From Candidatus Eiseniibacteriota bacterium (GTDB taxonomy: Bacteria > Eisenbacteria > RBG-16-71-46): a stretch of DNA of 64,000 nt. Below, piece by piece: positions 28,692 through 39,537 of the stretch. Location of the stretch: the NCBI GenBank assembly GCA_963744995.1, contig CAVUWA010000010.1, forward strand, positions 96,001 to 160,000, read 5' to 3'. Position numbers and translations under genes: made by a program. The stretch's first letter is position 1, and each line of letters begins with the position of its first letter. The notes beneath the pieces were generated by a model, which saw only the letters and a program-made list of their open reading frames with translations, had not been told where the DNA came from and searched no databases.

Positions 28692-30209
28692 ATGGCCGCT
28701 TCGATTCCATCCGGTCCCGAACCGGTCGCTCCGGCACGCGGCCCGCGCGCGATCATCGGCCTGGTCGCCGGGCCGCTTGCGCTCGCCGTGACGCTGGTGA
28801 CCGCGCCGCCGGCCGGCCTCGACGTCGCGGGGTGGCGCACCGCCGGCGTCGCGCTGATGATGGGGCTGTGGTGGATCACCGAGGCGGTCCCCCTGTCGGC
28901 CACTGCCCTGCTGCCGCTGGCGCTGTTCCCCATCCTCGGCGTCGGCTCGATGTCGGAATCCGCGCGGCCCTACGCCAATCCCGTGATCTACCTGTTCATG
29001 GGCGGCTTCATGCTCGCGCAGGCGGTGCAGCGCTGGGGCCTGCACCGGCGGCTCGCGCTGCAGATCGTGCGCGCGATCGGCACCGAGCCCAGGCGCATGG
29101 TGGGCGGCTTCATGCTGGCGAGCGCGGTGATCAGCATGTGGGTCAGCAATACGGCGACGGCGGTGATGATGCTGCCGATCGGGCTCTCGACCATCGACCT
29201 GGTGCTGCGCAACCAGCCCGCGGGCGGCCCGCCGGTCGGGAAGAACTTCGGCATCGCGCTGATGCTCGGGATCGCTTACGCGGCCAGCATCGGCGGCGTT
29301 GCCACGCTGATCGGCTCCCCGCCCAACGCGCTGTTCGCCGGCTACATGGCGGAGACCTTCGGCCTGCAGATCGACTTCACGGGCTGGATGATGGTCGGCC
29401 TGCCGATCGTGGTGCTCACGCTGCCGGCGGCATGGTGGCTGCTCACCCGCTACGTCTTCCCGATCCGCATGGCGCGCCTGCCGGGCGGCGCCGAGATGCT
29501 CGAGCGCGAGCTGGCCGCGCTCGGCCGGCCCTCGCGCGGCGAATGGCTCGCGGGCGGGGTCTTCGCGCTGGTCGCGCTCGCCTGGATCACGCGCCCGCTG
29601 CTCGCGCGCTGGCTTCCCGGACTCAGCGACGGCGGCATCGCGATCGCGGGCGCCGTCCTGCTGTTCGCGACGCCGGTGCACCTGCGACGCGCCGAATTCG
29701 TCCTCGACTGGCCCTCGGCCGCGCGCATTCCATGGGACGTGCTGCTGCTGTTCGGCGGCGGGCTGAGCCTCGCCGACGCGATCCAGCGCCAGGGGCTCGC
29801 CGCATGGATCGGCGGCGCCCTGGCGGGCGGCGGCACGCCGCCGCTGCTGGTCGTCATGTTCGTGGCGGCGGCGGTGCTGGTGTTCCTCACCGAACTCACC
29901 AGCAACACCGCCACCGCGGCGGCGTTCCTGCCGGTGCTCGGCTCGCTCGCACTGCACCTCGGCGAGAATCCGCTGTTCCTGACCGTGACCGGCGCGATCG
30001 CCGTGAGCTGCGCGTTCATGCTGCCGGTGGCGACGCCGCCCAACGCGATCGTCTACGGCAGCGGCTTCGTCCGCGGGCCGCAGATGGCGCGGGCGGGCTT
30101 CGTGCTGAACCTGCTGTTCATCGCCGTGCTGCCACTGCTCGTCTTCGCGCTGCTCTACGCGGTGTACGGGGCGCGCCCGGGGCTGGTTCCGGCCTGGGCG
30201 ACCCCGTGA
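28692..30209 (+). CDS. DASS/SLC13 Na+-dicarboxylate or sulfate symporter
   Basis: WWITEAVP, SMWVSNTAT, GSPPN, TELTSNTAT, FMLPVATPPNAI. Confidence 0.95.
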   Translation: MAASIPSGPEPVAPARGPRAIIGLVAGPLALAVTLVTAPPAGLDVAGWRTAGVALMMGLWWITEAVPLSATALLPLALFPILGVGSMSESARPYANPVIYLFMGGFMLAQAVQRWGLHRRLALQIVRAIGTEPRRMVGGFMLASAVISMWVSNTATAVMMLPIGLSTIDLVLRNQPAGGPPVGKNFGIALMLGIAYAASIGGVATLIGSPPNALFAGYMAETFGLQIDFTGWMMVGLPIVVLTLPAAWWLLTRYVFPIRMARLPGGAEMLERELAALGRPSRGEWLAGGVFALVALAWITRPLLARWLPGLSDGGIAIAGAVLLFATPVHLRRAEFVLDWPSAARIPWDVLLLFGGGLSLADAIQRQGLAAWIGGALAGGGTPPLLVVMFVAAAVLVFLTELTSNTATAAAFLPVLGSLALHLGENPLFLTVTGAIAVSCAFMLPVATPPNAIVYGSGFVRGPQMARAGFVLNLLFIAVLPLLVFALLYAVYGARPGLVPAWATP

Positions 30210-30218
30210 GAACGCGAC

Positions 30219-30719
30219 TCAGGCGCCGCCCGAGTGGCGCGCCGCCTCCGCCCTGCGGCGCTTCGCGGCGAAGAACTCGCGCAGGATGCCGCCGCAGGCG
30301 TCGGCCATCACGCCGCTCGTGACCGGCAGGGAGTGATTGAGGCTCGGCTCGTGGACCACGTCGAGCACCGAGCCGCACGCGCCGGCTTTGGGATCCGGCG
30401 CGCCGTACACCAGACGGCCGAGGCGCGCGAGGATGATCGCGCCCGCGCACATCGCGCACGGCTCGAGCGTCACGTACATCGTGCAGTCCGAGAGCCGCCA
30501 CGAGCCGAGGGTGGTGGACGCGGCGCCGATCGCGAGGATCTCCGCGTGCGCGGTGGCGTCGTTCAGGCCCTCGACCTGATTGTGACCGCGACCGAGGATG
30601 ATGCCGTCCTGGACGATGACGCAGCCGACCGGCACCTCGTCGCGCTCGGCCGAGGCCTGCGCCTCGCGCAGCGCGGCCTCGATGCCTTCTTCGTCACTGC
30701 GGATCAGCACGCGGGCCAT
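30219..30719 (-). CDS. tadA: tRNA-specific adenosine deaminase
   Basis: EVPVG, HAE, TLEPCAMCAGA, DPKAGACGS, FF..KR. Confidence 0.95.
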   Translation of the reverse strand: MARVLIRSDEEGIEAALREAQASAERDEVPVGCVIVQDGIILGRGHNQVEGLNDATAHAEILAIGAASTTLGSWRLSDCTMYVTLEPCAMCAGAIILARLGRLVYGAPDPKAGACGSVLDVVHEPSLNHSLPVTSGVMADACGGILREFFAAKRRRAEAARHSGGA

Positions 30720-30735
30720 CCCGCGCCGCACGCGC

Positions 30736-31440
30736 TCACTCGCCGGCTCCCGGTGCGTGCGGGAAGCGTGCGCCCCAGCGGTTGAACAGCTTCTGCAGCA
30801 CTTCTTCGTAGCTCGGGGGGCCGGGATTGGTGTTGGTCGGGTTGATGTTCACGCCGCCGCCGGGGGTCCGGTAGGGATCGCCGCTCGGCGACTGGTACGG
30901 GCCCTCGCCCACCTCGCTGCCGGAGATCGTCCACAGCAGCCGGCCGCGCGCATCCATCAGTGCGGCGGCGGCCTGCACCGTCGTCGAAGGTTTGCCGGAT
31001 TGCGAGGCATCGAGCTTCACCTGCTCGAAGCGATCCACGCGAATCCCGAGCACCGCATCCACGTGCAGGCGGTCGCACACCTGGATCGCGGTCGCCGAAT
31101 CGAGGCGCGCGTCGTCCAGCAGGTCATCGCGCACGGCGTTCAGCAGCGAGTCGTTGCCGGTCGCCGTGCGCAGCAACGTGCGCGTCGAGGTCGTGGACAG
31201 CCAGCGGTGGCCGGAACCCCGCAGCGCGACGGCGAGCATGCCCTCCACCAGCTTCTCGTTGCGGAGGTCGTGGTTATAGGACGCAGCGGGCAGCATGGCG
31301 ATGCGGCCGAGCTGCATCGTGTCGAGGCCGGCGCGCGCCCAGACCAGATCCAGGTCGTGGCCCTTGTCTCGATCGGCGGCCGGAGCGGACGCGGCGGCGA
31401 GCGCGCCGAGGAGCACGCACGCGAGGATCAGGCGCTTCAT
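30736..31440 (-). CDS. Secreted hypothetical protein
   Basis: AAGGAG RBS, signal peptide MKRLILACVLLGALAAASAPA, typical codon usage. Confidence 0.75.
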   Translation of the reverse strand: MKRLILACVLLGALAAASAPAADRDKGHDLDLVWARAGLDTMQLGRIAMLPAASYNHDLRNEKLVEGMLAVALRGSGHRWLSTTSTRTLLRTATGNDSLLNAVRDDLLDDARLDSATAIQVCDRLHVDAVLGIRVDRFEQVKLDASQSGKPSTTVQAAAALMDARGRLLWTISGSEVGEGPYQSPSGDPYRTPGGGVNINPTNTNPGPPSYEEVLQKLFNRWGARFPHAPGAGE

Positions 31441-31570
31441 GTCGGTCTCCTTCCCGGGGGCAACACCGTCAGGATGGCGGGAACGGGCGGCGGATGCAAC
31501 GCCGCGCGATGCGCGGCGACGCCGGCAACGCGAACGGCGGCCGGAACTCGTCCGGCCGCCGCGAATTCAG

Positions 31571-31647
<77 letters not shown>

Positions 31648-31671
31648 GCAGTCCCGCGCATTCGCACGAAA

Positions 31672-31763
31672 TGGCGGAGAGGAGAGGATTCGAACCTCCG
31701 GACCGGTTTGACCCAGTCAACCGCTTAGCAGGCGGCTGCCTTCAACCACTCGGCCACCTCTCC
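31672..31763 (-). tRNA. tRNA-Ser(GCT)
   Basis: GGAGAGG..., anticodon loop CT-GCT-AA, long variable arm, GGTTCGAATCC, GCCA end. Confidence 0.97.
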
Positions 31764-31772
31764 TGAGTTCAG

Positions 31773-31858
31773 TGGCGGAGGGAGTAGGATTCGAACCCAC
31801 GGAGCTTTCGCTCAACGGTTTTCAAGACCGCCGCCTTCAACCACTCGGCCATCCCTCC
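31773..31858 (-). tRNA. tRNA-Ser(TGA)
   Basis: GGAGGGA..., anticodon loop CT-TGA-AA, long variable arm, GGTTCGAATCC, GCCA end. Confidence 0.97.
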
Positions 31859-32046
31859 GCGTCCAGCGGCGGATGCCTGGGCGGCCCGCAGAGCCGTCCT
31901 CGTGGCCGTCGGGCGCCGCGGCACCCTCGTCTCCTCTTTCCTGCGCCACCCTCGCGGCGCCGCGTGCACCCAAAACAACCGCTCGTCCGCCCTCGGGCGT
32001 GCGAGCGATGGCTGCGGGACAACGGGTTCCGCGAAGGGCGGTGAAG

Positions 32047-33660
32047 CTACCACCGGGTTCGATGGCGAGGCAAGCGGGGGCGATTCGGCTCGCCGGAGCC
32101 GGTCGAGGCGTGCTCTTCGCGCGGCGCGGGGGTGTTGCGCACGCGCTCGGCGAGCGAATCCGCCCGCGGCACGAACACGGCCTCGGGGCGGCGCCTGAGC
32201 CCGGTCACCGGCCAGAACGCCGCGTCGGTGCGAAACGTCTGGTAGCGCGGCTCGTAGGCGGCGGCCACCATCTCGTACAGCCAGTCGCGCGTGTCGAGGA
32301 TCACCCAGCCCCAGCGCCGTGCGGCGATCGCCTCCTGGAACTGGTCGCGCAGCCGGACCGCGGTTGAATCGTCACCGCTCTTCGCGACCGCCATGAAAGC
32401 CATTTCGTGGAAGTACGTGCGCTTCCCGGCGCGCGCGGTCAGGTACTCGTGGCACGGCACCAGCACGTCGCCGCGGGCCTCGGTCAGGTTGGAGAGCAGC
32501 GCCTCGCCGGCGGCGCGGTCGCCGGGCCGCGGCAACTGTGCGAGCGGATCGTAGAGGAGCAGGACGAACTGCAGCGCGACCGCAAACGTCGCGAGCCACG
32601 CCACGCGCGCGGCGGCGGGACGGGGCATGGTCTCGGCCCGCGCGAGCACCGCGTCGAAACCGAGCCCGAGCAGCCAGGCCGCAGCCGCGCACGCCGGCAT
32701 CAGCACGTTGTCGTACGTGGCGGGATAGGACCGCACCGACCACGACGCCAGCACGAGGCCACCGATCGCCGCCGCCTCGATGCCGCGCGCGGGCCGCGCG
32801 GCGGGCGGGAACGTCCAGGCCCACACGCCGCCGAGCGCGCACACGCTGAGCGGCTTGAGGAAGTCCTGGATCCAGAATCGCCCGGCGAGCGCCGGGTCCG
32901 GGGCGTAGCGGCTCGCGAGCTCGAACACGTAGTAGCGGAACCAGCCGCCGCTTTCGCGGTCGAACGACACGACCGCGAGCGCGAGCCCGGCGGCGAATGC
33001 TGCGGCGAACCAGAGTCCGCGGCGGCGGTCGGCGACGAGCAGCCACAGCGCCATCGGCAGCAGCGCGACGAGCGCGGACTGCTTGGTGAGCGCCGCGAGC
33101 ACCGCGAGCGCCGCCGCGAGGAGCGGGGCGCGCCGTCGCGAACGGTCGCGCAGCAGCACCGCCATCGCTCCCAGCGTGAGCGCCAGGTGCAGCGAGTCGC
33201 TGCGGGCGAGGTCGAACCAGGCGCCGGCCAGGCGGAACGATGCGAAGAACAGTCCGGCGGCGACCCACCCTGCGGTCGTGCGCCGCGTGGTGCCGCGGAC
33301 GATCACGAACAGCAGGGCGCCGCAGGCGAGCGAGGCTGTGAACGACAGCAGCCGCAGCGGCACGAACCCGTCGCCGATCACGCGGGACAGTGCGGCGCCC
33401 GCCCAGTAGAACAGCGGCGGGTAGTTGAACGGCACGTAGCCGAGCGAGGGCGCCACGTAGAGCGGCCGGCCCTGGAGCACGCGGTGGACCATCGTGAGGG
33501 TGCCCCCCTCGATCCACTCGAGCTCGAACGGGAAGCGCATGCGGACGATCGCGACCCACGCGTAGAGCAGCACGGCCGCGAGCGCCGCCGCCACGGCGAC
33601 GCGCTCGGGCAGCCTGCCCGCGGGCCGGGCCGAGGGCGAACCGGGCCTGGATGCGCGCAA
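32047..33660 (-). CDS. GT-C fold (ArnT/GT39-like) membrane glycosyltransferase; start uncertain
   Basis: LEWIEG loop after TM1, YPPLFY, ARSDS, TKQS, many TM helices. Confidence 0.75.
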   Translation of the reverse strand: MRASRPGSPSARPAGRLPERVAVAAALAAVLLYAWVAIVRMRFPFELEWIEGGTLTMVHRVLQGRPLYVAPSLGYVPFNYPPLFYWAGAALSRVIGDGFVPLRLLSFTASLACGALLFVIVRGTTRRTTAGWVAAGLFFASFRLAGAWFDLARSDSLHLALTLGAMAVLLRDRSRRRAPLLAAALAVLAALTKQSALVALLPMALWLLVADRRRGLWFAAAFAAGLALAVVSFDRESGGWFRYYVFELASRYAPDPALAGRFWIQDFLKPLSVCALGGVWAWTFPPAARPARGIEAAAIGGLVLASWSVRSYPATYDNVLMPACAAAAWLLGLGFDAVLARAETMPRPAAARVAWLATFAVALQFVLLLYDPLAQLPRPGDRAAGEALLSNLTEARGDVLVPCHEYLTARAGKRTYFHEMAFMAVAKSGDDSTAVRLRDQFQEAIAARRWGWVILDTRDWLYEMVAAAYEPRYQTFRTDAAFWPVTGLRRRPEAVFVPRADSLAERVRNTPAPREEHASTGSGEPNRPRLPRHRTRW

Positions 33661-33974
33661 GGGGAAGCGCTCCGACGCGGTCCCGGCAGCCGCGTCCGTT
33701 CGGGTGATTGCCGCGCGACGACGGCTTCGGCGGCGGGCTTCGGAGGTGAGACGGGACGAGGGCCTGAGAGGGTTGCGCGCGCGGCGACGGCTGCGCGCAG
33801 GGCCGCTACGAGCGCGGCCGCGGCGCGGCCCCGGTCAACCCGGTCCCCGAATCGTCCGGCGGTTCGCCCGCGGCCGGCCGCCCGTGCCCGCCCGGAGCGC
33901 CGCGCGCGCCATGTGGACGAAAGGCCCGTCGTTCGGCACAATCCCAGGCGCCCCTGACTCTTTCCGGAGGTGCC

Positions 33975-36605
33975 ATGCCCCGTCCCCCGTTGCCCCTGCT
34001 GGCCGCCGCCCTGCTGCTTGCTGCCGCGCCGTGGCCTCCCGCGCCCGCGTCCGCCGCTGAGCCTCCCCCGGGCCGCCTCAGCCACGACGTCGTCCCCACG
34101 TTCGAGTCGGTCGAGCTCGACCTGAATGCCACGAAGGCCGACTACGCCGGAAAGGTGCACATCGACCTCGACGTGCGCCGCGCGGTCGACCGCTTTCGCC
34201 TGCACTCCGAAGGCAGCAGGCTCACTTCGGTGATCCTCACCGCGCGCGGCCACACGATCGCGGTCACGCCGAGCGAGGTGAGCCACGGCCTCTGGGAGCT
34301 GCGCGCGGCGGCGCCGCTGCCGCGCGGTCGCGCGGCGCTCGATATCGCATTCACCAACGACTTCGACACGCACGGCTCGGGGCTCTACCGGCTCGAGAGC
34401 GGCGGCGACTGGTACTCGTTCACCCAGTTCGAAGCCACCGACGCGCGCGAAGCGTTTCCGTGCTTCGACGAGCCCGAGTTCAAGATCCCGTGGCAGATGA
34501 CGCTGGTCGTGCCGAAGGCGAGCGTGGCCATCACCAACATGCCGCCGCTCTCCGAAAAGAGCGAGGGCGACAGCCGGCGCATCGTCTACAGGCGCACGCC
34601 GCCGATGCCTTCCTACCTGCTCGCCGTGTGCACGGGACCGTTCGAGACCGTCGACGTGCCCGGCACGAAGATCCCCACGCGGATCGTCGTGGCGCGCGGC
34701 CAGACCGGACTCACCGGTCATGCACGGCAGGTGGTGGGCCCGCTGCTGGCCGGGCTCGAGCGCTACTTCGGGCGCCCCTATCCGTACGACAAGCTCGACC
34801 TGATCGCGGTGCCCGAATACTGGTACGGCGCGATGGAGAACCCGGGCGCCATCGTGTTCGTCGACAACCTGCTCCTGCTGCCCGAGGACGCCGGGGTCGG
34901 CCAGCGGCGCCGGCTTGCCAGCGTCACCTGTCACGAGATGGCGCACATGTGGTTCGGCGATCTGGTCACGATGAAGTGGTGGGACGACCTGTGGCTCAAC
35001 GAGTCGTTCGCGACGTGGATGGGCAACAAGGTCGTGGACGAGGTGTACCCGGATCTGCAGACCGGGCTGAACAGCATGGATGGGGTCGATCGCGCGAAGC
35101 AGACCGACGCGGGCGGCGCCACGCGGGCGATGCGCAAGCCGGTGGACGTCGCCGACAACCTCGATCAACTCGCCGACGCCCTGGCCTACAACAAGGGCCA
35201 CGCGGTGCTGATGATGTTCGAGCAGTGGCTGACGCCCGAAGTGTTCCAGAAGGGCGTGCGCCTCTACATCCGCCAGAACGCGTGGAAGAACGCCGAGGCG
35301 GCCGACCTGTGGAACGCGCTGTCGCGCGTTTCCGGCAAGGACGTCGGCGGCGCCATGGCGACGTTCCTCAATCAGCCGGGCGTGCCGCTGGTGACGGTCG
35401 AGCCGGGCGAGGGAGCGGCCGTCACGCTGACCCAGCGCCGCTTCACCCACGCCGGCGTCGAGACGAAGCCCGGGCTGTGGAAGATTCCGGTCACGCTGCG
35501 CTACTCGGACGGCGGTCCCTCGCATACGACGACCGTCCTGCTCGACCGGCCGTCGATGACCGTTACGCTCCCGGGCGTGACGAAGACCGCCTGGATCTTC
35601 CCCAACGCGGGCGGCGTCGGCTACTACCGCTGGCTGCTTCCGCCCGCGGCCCTCGACGCGCTGGTCGCGAACGCCGGCGCCGGCCTCGATGTCGCCGAGC
35701 GGCGCGGCATGGTGTCCGACCTGCTGGCGCTGTTCGAAGGCGGCGAGGTGGACGCCGACCGGTTCCTCGCCGCGCTCGGCCGCTGCGGCGCCGATCCGGA
35801 TCCGGTCGTGATCGGCGAGGTGCTGGACGTGCTGCAGACCGTGCGCCAGCGCTTCTGGTCGCCGGACATGGATCGCCCGCTCGCCGCCTATGTGCGCGCC
35901 ACGCTGCGCCCGGCGGTCGAGCGCTTCGGCTACGAGCGGCGTCCCGGCGACCCCGAGAGCGTGCGCAATCTGCGGCCGCAGCTGCTGGAGCACATGGCCG
36001 ATGCGGGCCATGACGTCGTCGCGCTTGCGCAGGGCGAGGCGCTCACGGACGCGTTCTTCCAGGACGAGGATCTCGTCGACCCGTCGATGCTCGACGTCGC
36101 CCTGCGGGTGGCTGCGATTCGCGGCGATCGCGGCCGTTACGACGCCTACCGCGAGCGCTTCGAGACCACTCGCCTTCCCACCGAGCGCGCCGCACTGCTG
36201 AGCGCGATGGCCCGCTTCGGCGACGACGCGATCGAACGCGACGCCCTCGCCTACGCGCTCGACGGTCCGCTGCGCGCCCAGGAGCTGAGCCACTTCCTGC
36301 GCACGATGGCCACGGACCCGGCGCGGCGGGCCATGCTGTTCGACTGGATCCGCGATCACTACGATGCGGTCGTCGCGCGCATTCCCGACATCCAGCGGAC
36401 CCGCATCACGAATCTGATGAACGGCTGCTCGCAGGAGCGGCTGGATGCGATCGAGACCTTCTACGCCCAGCCCGGTCACCGGCCGATCGGGATCGAGGTC
36501 GCGCTCGACAAGCTCCGTGCCCGGTTCACCGAATGCATGGCCCTGCGCGCGCGCGACGGCGCCGCGGTGAAGGCCTACCTCGACTCGCACATGGCGGCGC
36601 GCTGA
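33975..36605 (+). CDS. Exported M1 family Zn aminopeptidase (ERAP1-like C-terminus)
   Basis: Signal peptide, AFPCFDEP, GAMEN, HEMAH-x18-E, YNKG; GGAGG RBS. Confidence 0.95.
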   Translation: MPRPPLPLLAAALLLAAAPWPPAPASAAEPPPGRLSHDVVPTFESVELDLNATKADYAGKVHIDLDVRRAVDRFRLHSEGSRLTSVILTARGHTIAVTPSEVSHGLWELRAAAPLPRGRAALDIAFTNDFDTHGSGLYRLESGGDWYSFTQFEATDAREAFPCFDEPEFKIPWQMTLVVPKASVAITNMPPLSEKSEGDSRRIVYRRTPPMPSYLLAVCTGPFETVDVPGTKIPTRIVVARGQTGLTGHARQVVGPLLAGLERYFGRPYPYDKLDLIAVPEYWYGAMENPGAIVFVDNLLLLPEDAGVGQRRRLASVTCHEMAHMWFGDLVTMKWWDDLWLNESFATWMGNKVVDEVYPDLQTGLNSMDGVDRAKQTDAGGATRAMRKPVDVADNLDQLADALAYNKGHAVLMMFEQWLTPEVFQKGVRLYIRQNAWKNAEAADLWNALSRVSGKDVGGAMATFLNQPGVPLVTVEPGEGAAVTLTQRRFTHAGVETKPGLWKIPVTLRYSDGGPSHTTTVLLDRPSMTVTLPGVTKTAWIFPNAGGVGYYRWLLPPAALDALVANAGAGLDVAERRGMVSDLLALFEGGEVDADRFLAALGRCGADPDPVVIGEVLDVLQTVRQRFWSPDMDRPLAAYVRATLRPAVERFGYERRPGDPESVRNLRPQLLEHMADAGHDVVALAQGEALTDAFFQDEDLVDPSMLDVALRVAAIRGDRGRYDAYRERFETTRLPTERAALLSAMARFGDDAIERDALAYALDGPLRAQELSHFLRTMATDPARRAMLFDWIRDHYDAVVARIPDIQRTRITNLMNGCSQERLDAIETFYAQPGHRPIGIEVALDKLRARFTECMALRARDGAAVKAYLDSHMAAR

Positions 36606-36681
36606 ACCCGGGCGGCGCGGCGGGCCCGGCCATGCCCGGGCTCGCTGCGGGCGCCGCTGCGGACGGGCCGGTGCGCGGCGC

Positions 36682-37563
36682 CTAGAACAGCGTGGTCTGA
36701 TCGATGCGGCCGAGTTTCCGCGCACGGTGCTCGGCCGCCGCGTAGCCCCAGCGCGAGGCGATCGAGAACACGAGCGCGGTGACGGCCAGCATCGTCAGCA
36801 GCCCGCCGTCCGACCATGCGGCGAGCCGCGCGCTGGCGCCGTGGCCGATCAGGAAGCGTCTGAGCGCCTCGTACCACCACGTGAAAGGCAGCGCGAGGGT
36901 CACGCCCTGCAGCCAGCCCGGCAGCAGGTCGATCGGGAAGATCACGCCGGCGAGCAGGTAGAGCGAGATGCCGACGCTTTCGTTGAGGCTCATCGCGGCC
37001 TGCGGCAGCAGCAGCGCGGCGCCCGCGAGCAGAAACCCGCAGTGCACGACCGCCACGAGCCCGAGCGCGAGCGCCAGCACCAGCGGTCCCCACGCGACCG
37101 CGGACCAGTCCCAGGTCAGGTGCAGCAGCCACCAGCCCATCGCGAGCACCAGCACCACGCTCACCGAGGCCTGCACGAACTTGATCAGGGTGCGGCCCCA
37201 GAGGTAGGTGAACATCCCGATCGGCGCCGTGACGATCTGCCGCAGCGTCTCGTACTGCTCGCGGTCGTCCACCACCACCCAGCCCATGGCCACGACCATC
37301 CGGTTCACGTATTCGTGGAACGCGTTCGCGATCCAGAACAGGATGAACGTCTCCTTCTGCGGCGCGCCGCCGGAGACCGCCCAGTACATGCCGGCGAGGA
37401 TCAGCGCCAGCGCGAGCGGCTTCGCCACCGAGTAGAGCAGGAACACGAACGGGTCGGCCCAGTTGGCCTCGACCTTCCAGCCGAGCCACGCGGCTGTGCG
37501 GGCGTTCACCGCGAACGCGCGCCAGCCGGTCCCGCGCACGGCGGTCTCCGGCGTCACTGCCAT
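36682..37563 (-). CDS. ABC-2 type exporter permease
   Basis: About 6 TM helices, GVIFPIDLLPGWLQ...LPFT..YEALR. Confidence 0.88.
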   Translation of the reverse strand: MAVTPETAVRGTGWRAFAVNARTAAWLGWKVEANWADPFVFLLYSVAKPLALALILAGMYWAVSGGAPQKETFILFWIANAFHEYVNRMVVAMGWVVVDDREQYETLRQIVTAPIGMFTYLWGRTLIKFVQASVSVVLVLAMGWWLLHLTWDWSAVAWGPLVLALALGLVAVVHCGFLLAGAALLLPQAAMSLNESVGISLYLLAGVIFPIDLLPGWLQGVTLALPFTWWYEALRRFLIGHGASARLAAWSDGGLLTMLAVTALVFSIASRWGYAAAEHRARKLGRIDQTTLF

Positions 37564-38378
37564 CGCTGGGTCAGCTTGCCCTCGCGCTTCGCGAGGCGTT
37601 CGAGGTGGGCCATGCTGAAGCGGGCCCCCGCGAACAGGAGGACGCCCATCACGGCGAGGACCGCCGTCTCGGTCCACATCGGGAACACGCCGAGCGCGAG
37701 CTCACCGAGCAGCACCTGGCGCATCGCGTCGACGCCGAGCGCGAGCGGCACGATTCCGGTCGCTACGGCACCGAATACGCCGAGCGAGCGCATCGGGAAG
37801 TAGAGGCCCGAGACGAAGTAGACCGGCTCCTGGAGCGCGGTCGCGTAGTGCCATGCTTCACGTCCGTGGAGCAGGAACAGCGAGGCCAGAATCATGCCGA
37901 GCGAATAGAGCGCGGCCATCGTCACCAGAAATACCAGGAGCAGCGCGAACGGATCGAACGGCCCCACGCGGATGCCCAGCACGCCGAAGCCGATGGCGAT
38001 GCTGATCAGCGCGCGCGGGATCGTCATGACCAGACCGCCGAACGCCATCCCCGACAGAATCGACATGCGGTCGCACGGGGCTGCGAAGTAGAGCGCCAAC
38101 TGTCCCTGCTGCTTCTCCCAGTAGAGCTGCGCGCCCATCGACCACAGCACGTTCAGCCAGAATACCGACAGCACGCCGCCGAGCACGGCGATCGTTTCGT
38201 ACTGCGCAGGCGCGCCGAGTGCGCGGTACAGCATCACGTAGGCGGCCATCGCCAGCGACGGCAGCACGCCCTCGGTCAGGGCCCACATCGGCTCGCGCAC
38301 CGCGGCGACCAGGCGCACATAGGCCCGCGCCCACGCCGCGCGCGCGTTCAGCGCCAACCACGCCGACCCGCGGCTCAC
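37554..38378 (-). CDS. ABC-2 type exporter permease
   Basis: EKQQGQL, SGLYFP, PLALGVDAMR; overlaps both neighbours. Confidence 0.88.
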   Translation of the reverse strand: MSRGSAWLALNARAAWARAYVRLVAAVREPMWALTEGVLPSLAMAAYVMLYRALGAPAQYETIAVLGGVLSVFWLNVLWSMGAQLYWEKQQGQLALYFAAPCDRMSILSGMAFGGLVMTIPRALISIAIGFGVLGIRVGPFDPFALLLVFLVTMAALYSLGMILASLFLLHGREAWHYATALQEPVYFVSGLYFPMRSLGVFGAVATGIVPLALGVDAMRQVLLGELALGVFPMWTETAVLAVMGVLLFAGARFSMAHLERLAKREGKLTQRWQ

Positions 38379-39379
38379 GCGCTGCCCTCGTCATCGAGAC
38401 CGCGGCCGACGATCTGGATGAACACGTCCTCGAGCGTCGTCTCGCGCGTGGCCACGCCCGCGACCCGCACCGCGTGCGACTCCAGTCCCTTCAGCACATC
38501 GACCAGCGGGCGCCCCTCGGGCAGGTGGAACTTGAGCGTCATCGTGCCGCGTTCGGGATGCGGCGCCCCCCACGCGCCCTGCAGCCCGGCGATCGCCTCG
38601 AGATCGGGGCGCGCGTCCGAGGCCGTGACCTCGAGCTCGACGTGGCTGCCCCCCTGCACGCGGCGCCTGAGTCCCTGCGGGCTGTCGGCGGCCAGCAGCC
38701 GCCCGCGGTCGATGATCGCGATGCGGTCGCACAGCTCGTCGGCTTCCGCCATGTAGTGCGTCGTGAGCAGCACGGTGCGCCCCGCCCGCGCACGCACCCA
38801 GCGCGCGACGTACGCGCGCAGGTCGCGTGCCGCATTCACGTCCATGCCGAGCGTCGGTTCGTCCAGGAACAGCACCTCGGGATCGCTCACGAAGCCGCGC
38901 GCGAAGTTCATGCGCTGGCGCTGGCCGGTCGACAGCCGGTTGAGCCGCGCATGCGCGTATTCGCCCAGTCCCGCGACCTCGATCAGCCCGTCGACGCGCC
39001 GCCACGCCTCCGCCCCGGGTACGCCGTAGAACTGCGAGAACATCCACAGGCATTCGCGCACCGTCAGGATGCCGTAGCCGCTGGTCTCGCCCCCCGAGAC
39101 CAGCGCGATGCGCCGCCGCACCTCCTGGTCCTCGCGCACCACGTCGAAGCCGGCGACCCGCGCCGTGCCGCCGGTCGGGAACAGCAGCGTGTTGAGAATC
39201 TTGATGCAGGTCGTCTTGCCGGCGCCGTTCGGTCCGAGCAGGCCGAAGATCTCGCCACGCTCGATGGTGAGATCGATGCCGGCGAGGGCGTGAACGTCGC
39301 GCTTCGCCTTCGGATCGCGGAACACGCGGGTGAGTCCGCGGGCTTCGACCGCGGGCGTGGATGGAGGGGCGGAGGGCAT
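38375..39379 (-). CDS. ABC exporter ATP-binding protein
   Basis: GPNGAGKTT, LSTGQRQR, LFLDEPT, TTHYM, TLEDVF. Confidence 0.95.
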   Translation of the reverse strand: MPSAPPSTPAVEARGLTRVFRDPKAKRDVHALAGIDLTIERGEIFGLLGPNGAGKTTCIKILNTLLFPTGGTARVAGFDVVREDQEVRRRIALVSGGETSGYGILTVRECLWMFSQFYGVPGAEAWRRVDGLIEVAGLGEYAHARLNRLSTGQRQRMNFARGFVSDPEVLFLDEPTLGMDVNAARDLRAYVARWVRARAGRTVLLTTHYMAEADELCDRIAIIDRGRLLAADSPQGLRRRVQGGSHVELEVTASDARPDLEAIAGLQGAWGAPHPERGTMTLKFHLPEGRPLVDVLKGLESHAVRVAGVATRETTLEDVFIQIVGRGLDDEGSA

Positions 39380-39537
39380 GGCGGCCGAAGCTAGCCTCCG
39401 GCCTGCGGGCCCCGCAAGCGGGTCGCGGCGCATGCGCCGGAACCGGGAACCCGGGCGGTGGCCGGGTTCGCAGCCTCTGGAGCGGACCGCGTCGAATTCC
39501 TGCGGCGCCGCAGCCGCGGGGGCCGGGCCCGCCGGCT

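Noticed and set aside
30219..30719. tadA as the Tad pilus ATPase beside the flp genes
   Set aside because: Name coincidence; the protein is the HAE/PCxxC tRNA deaminase
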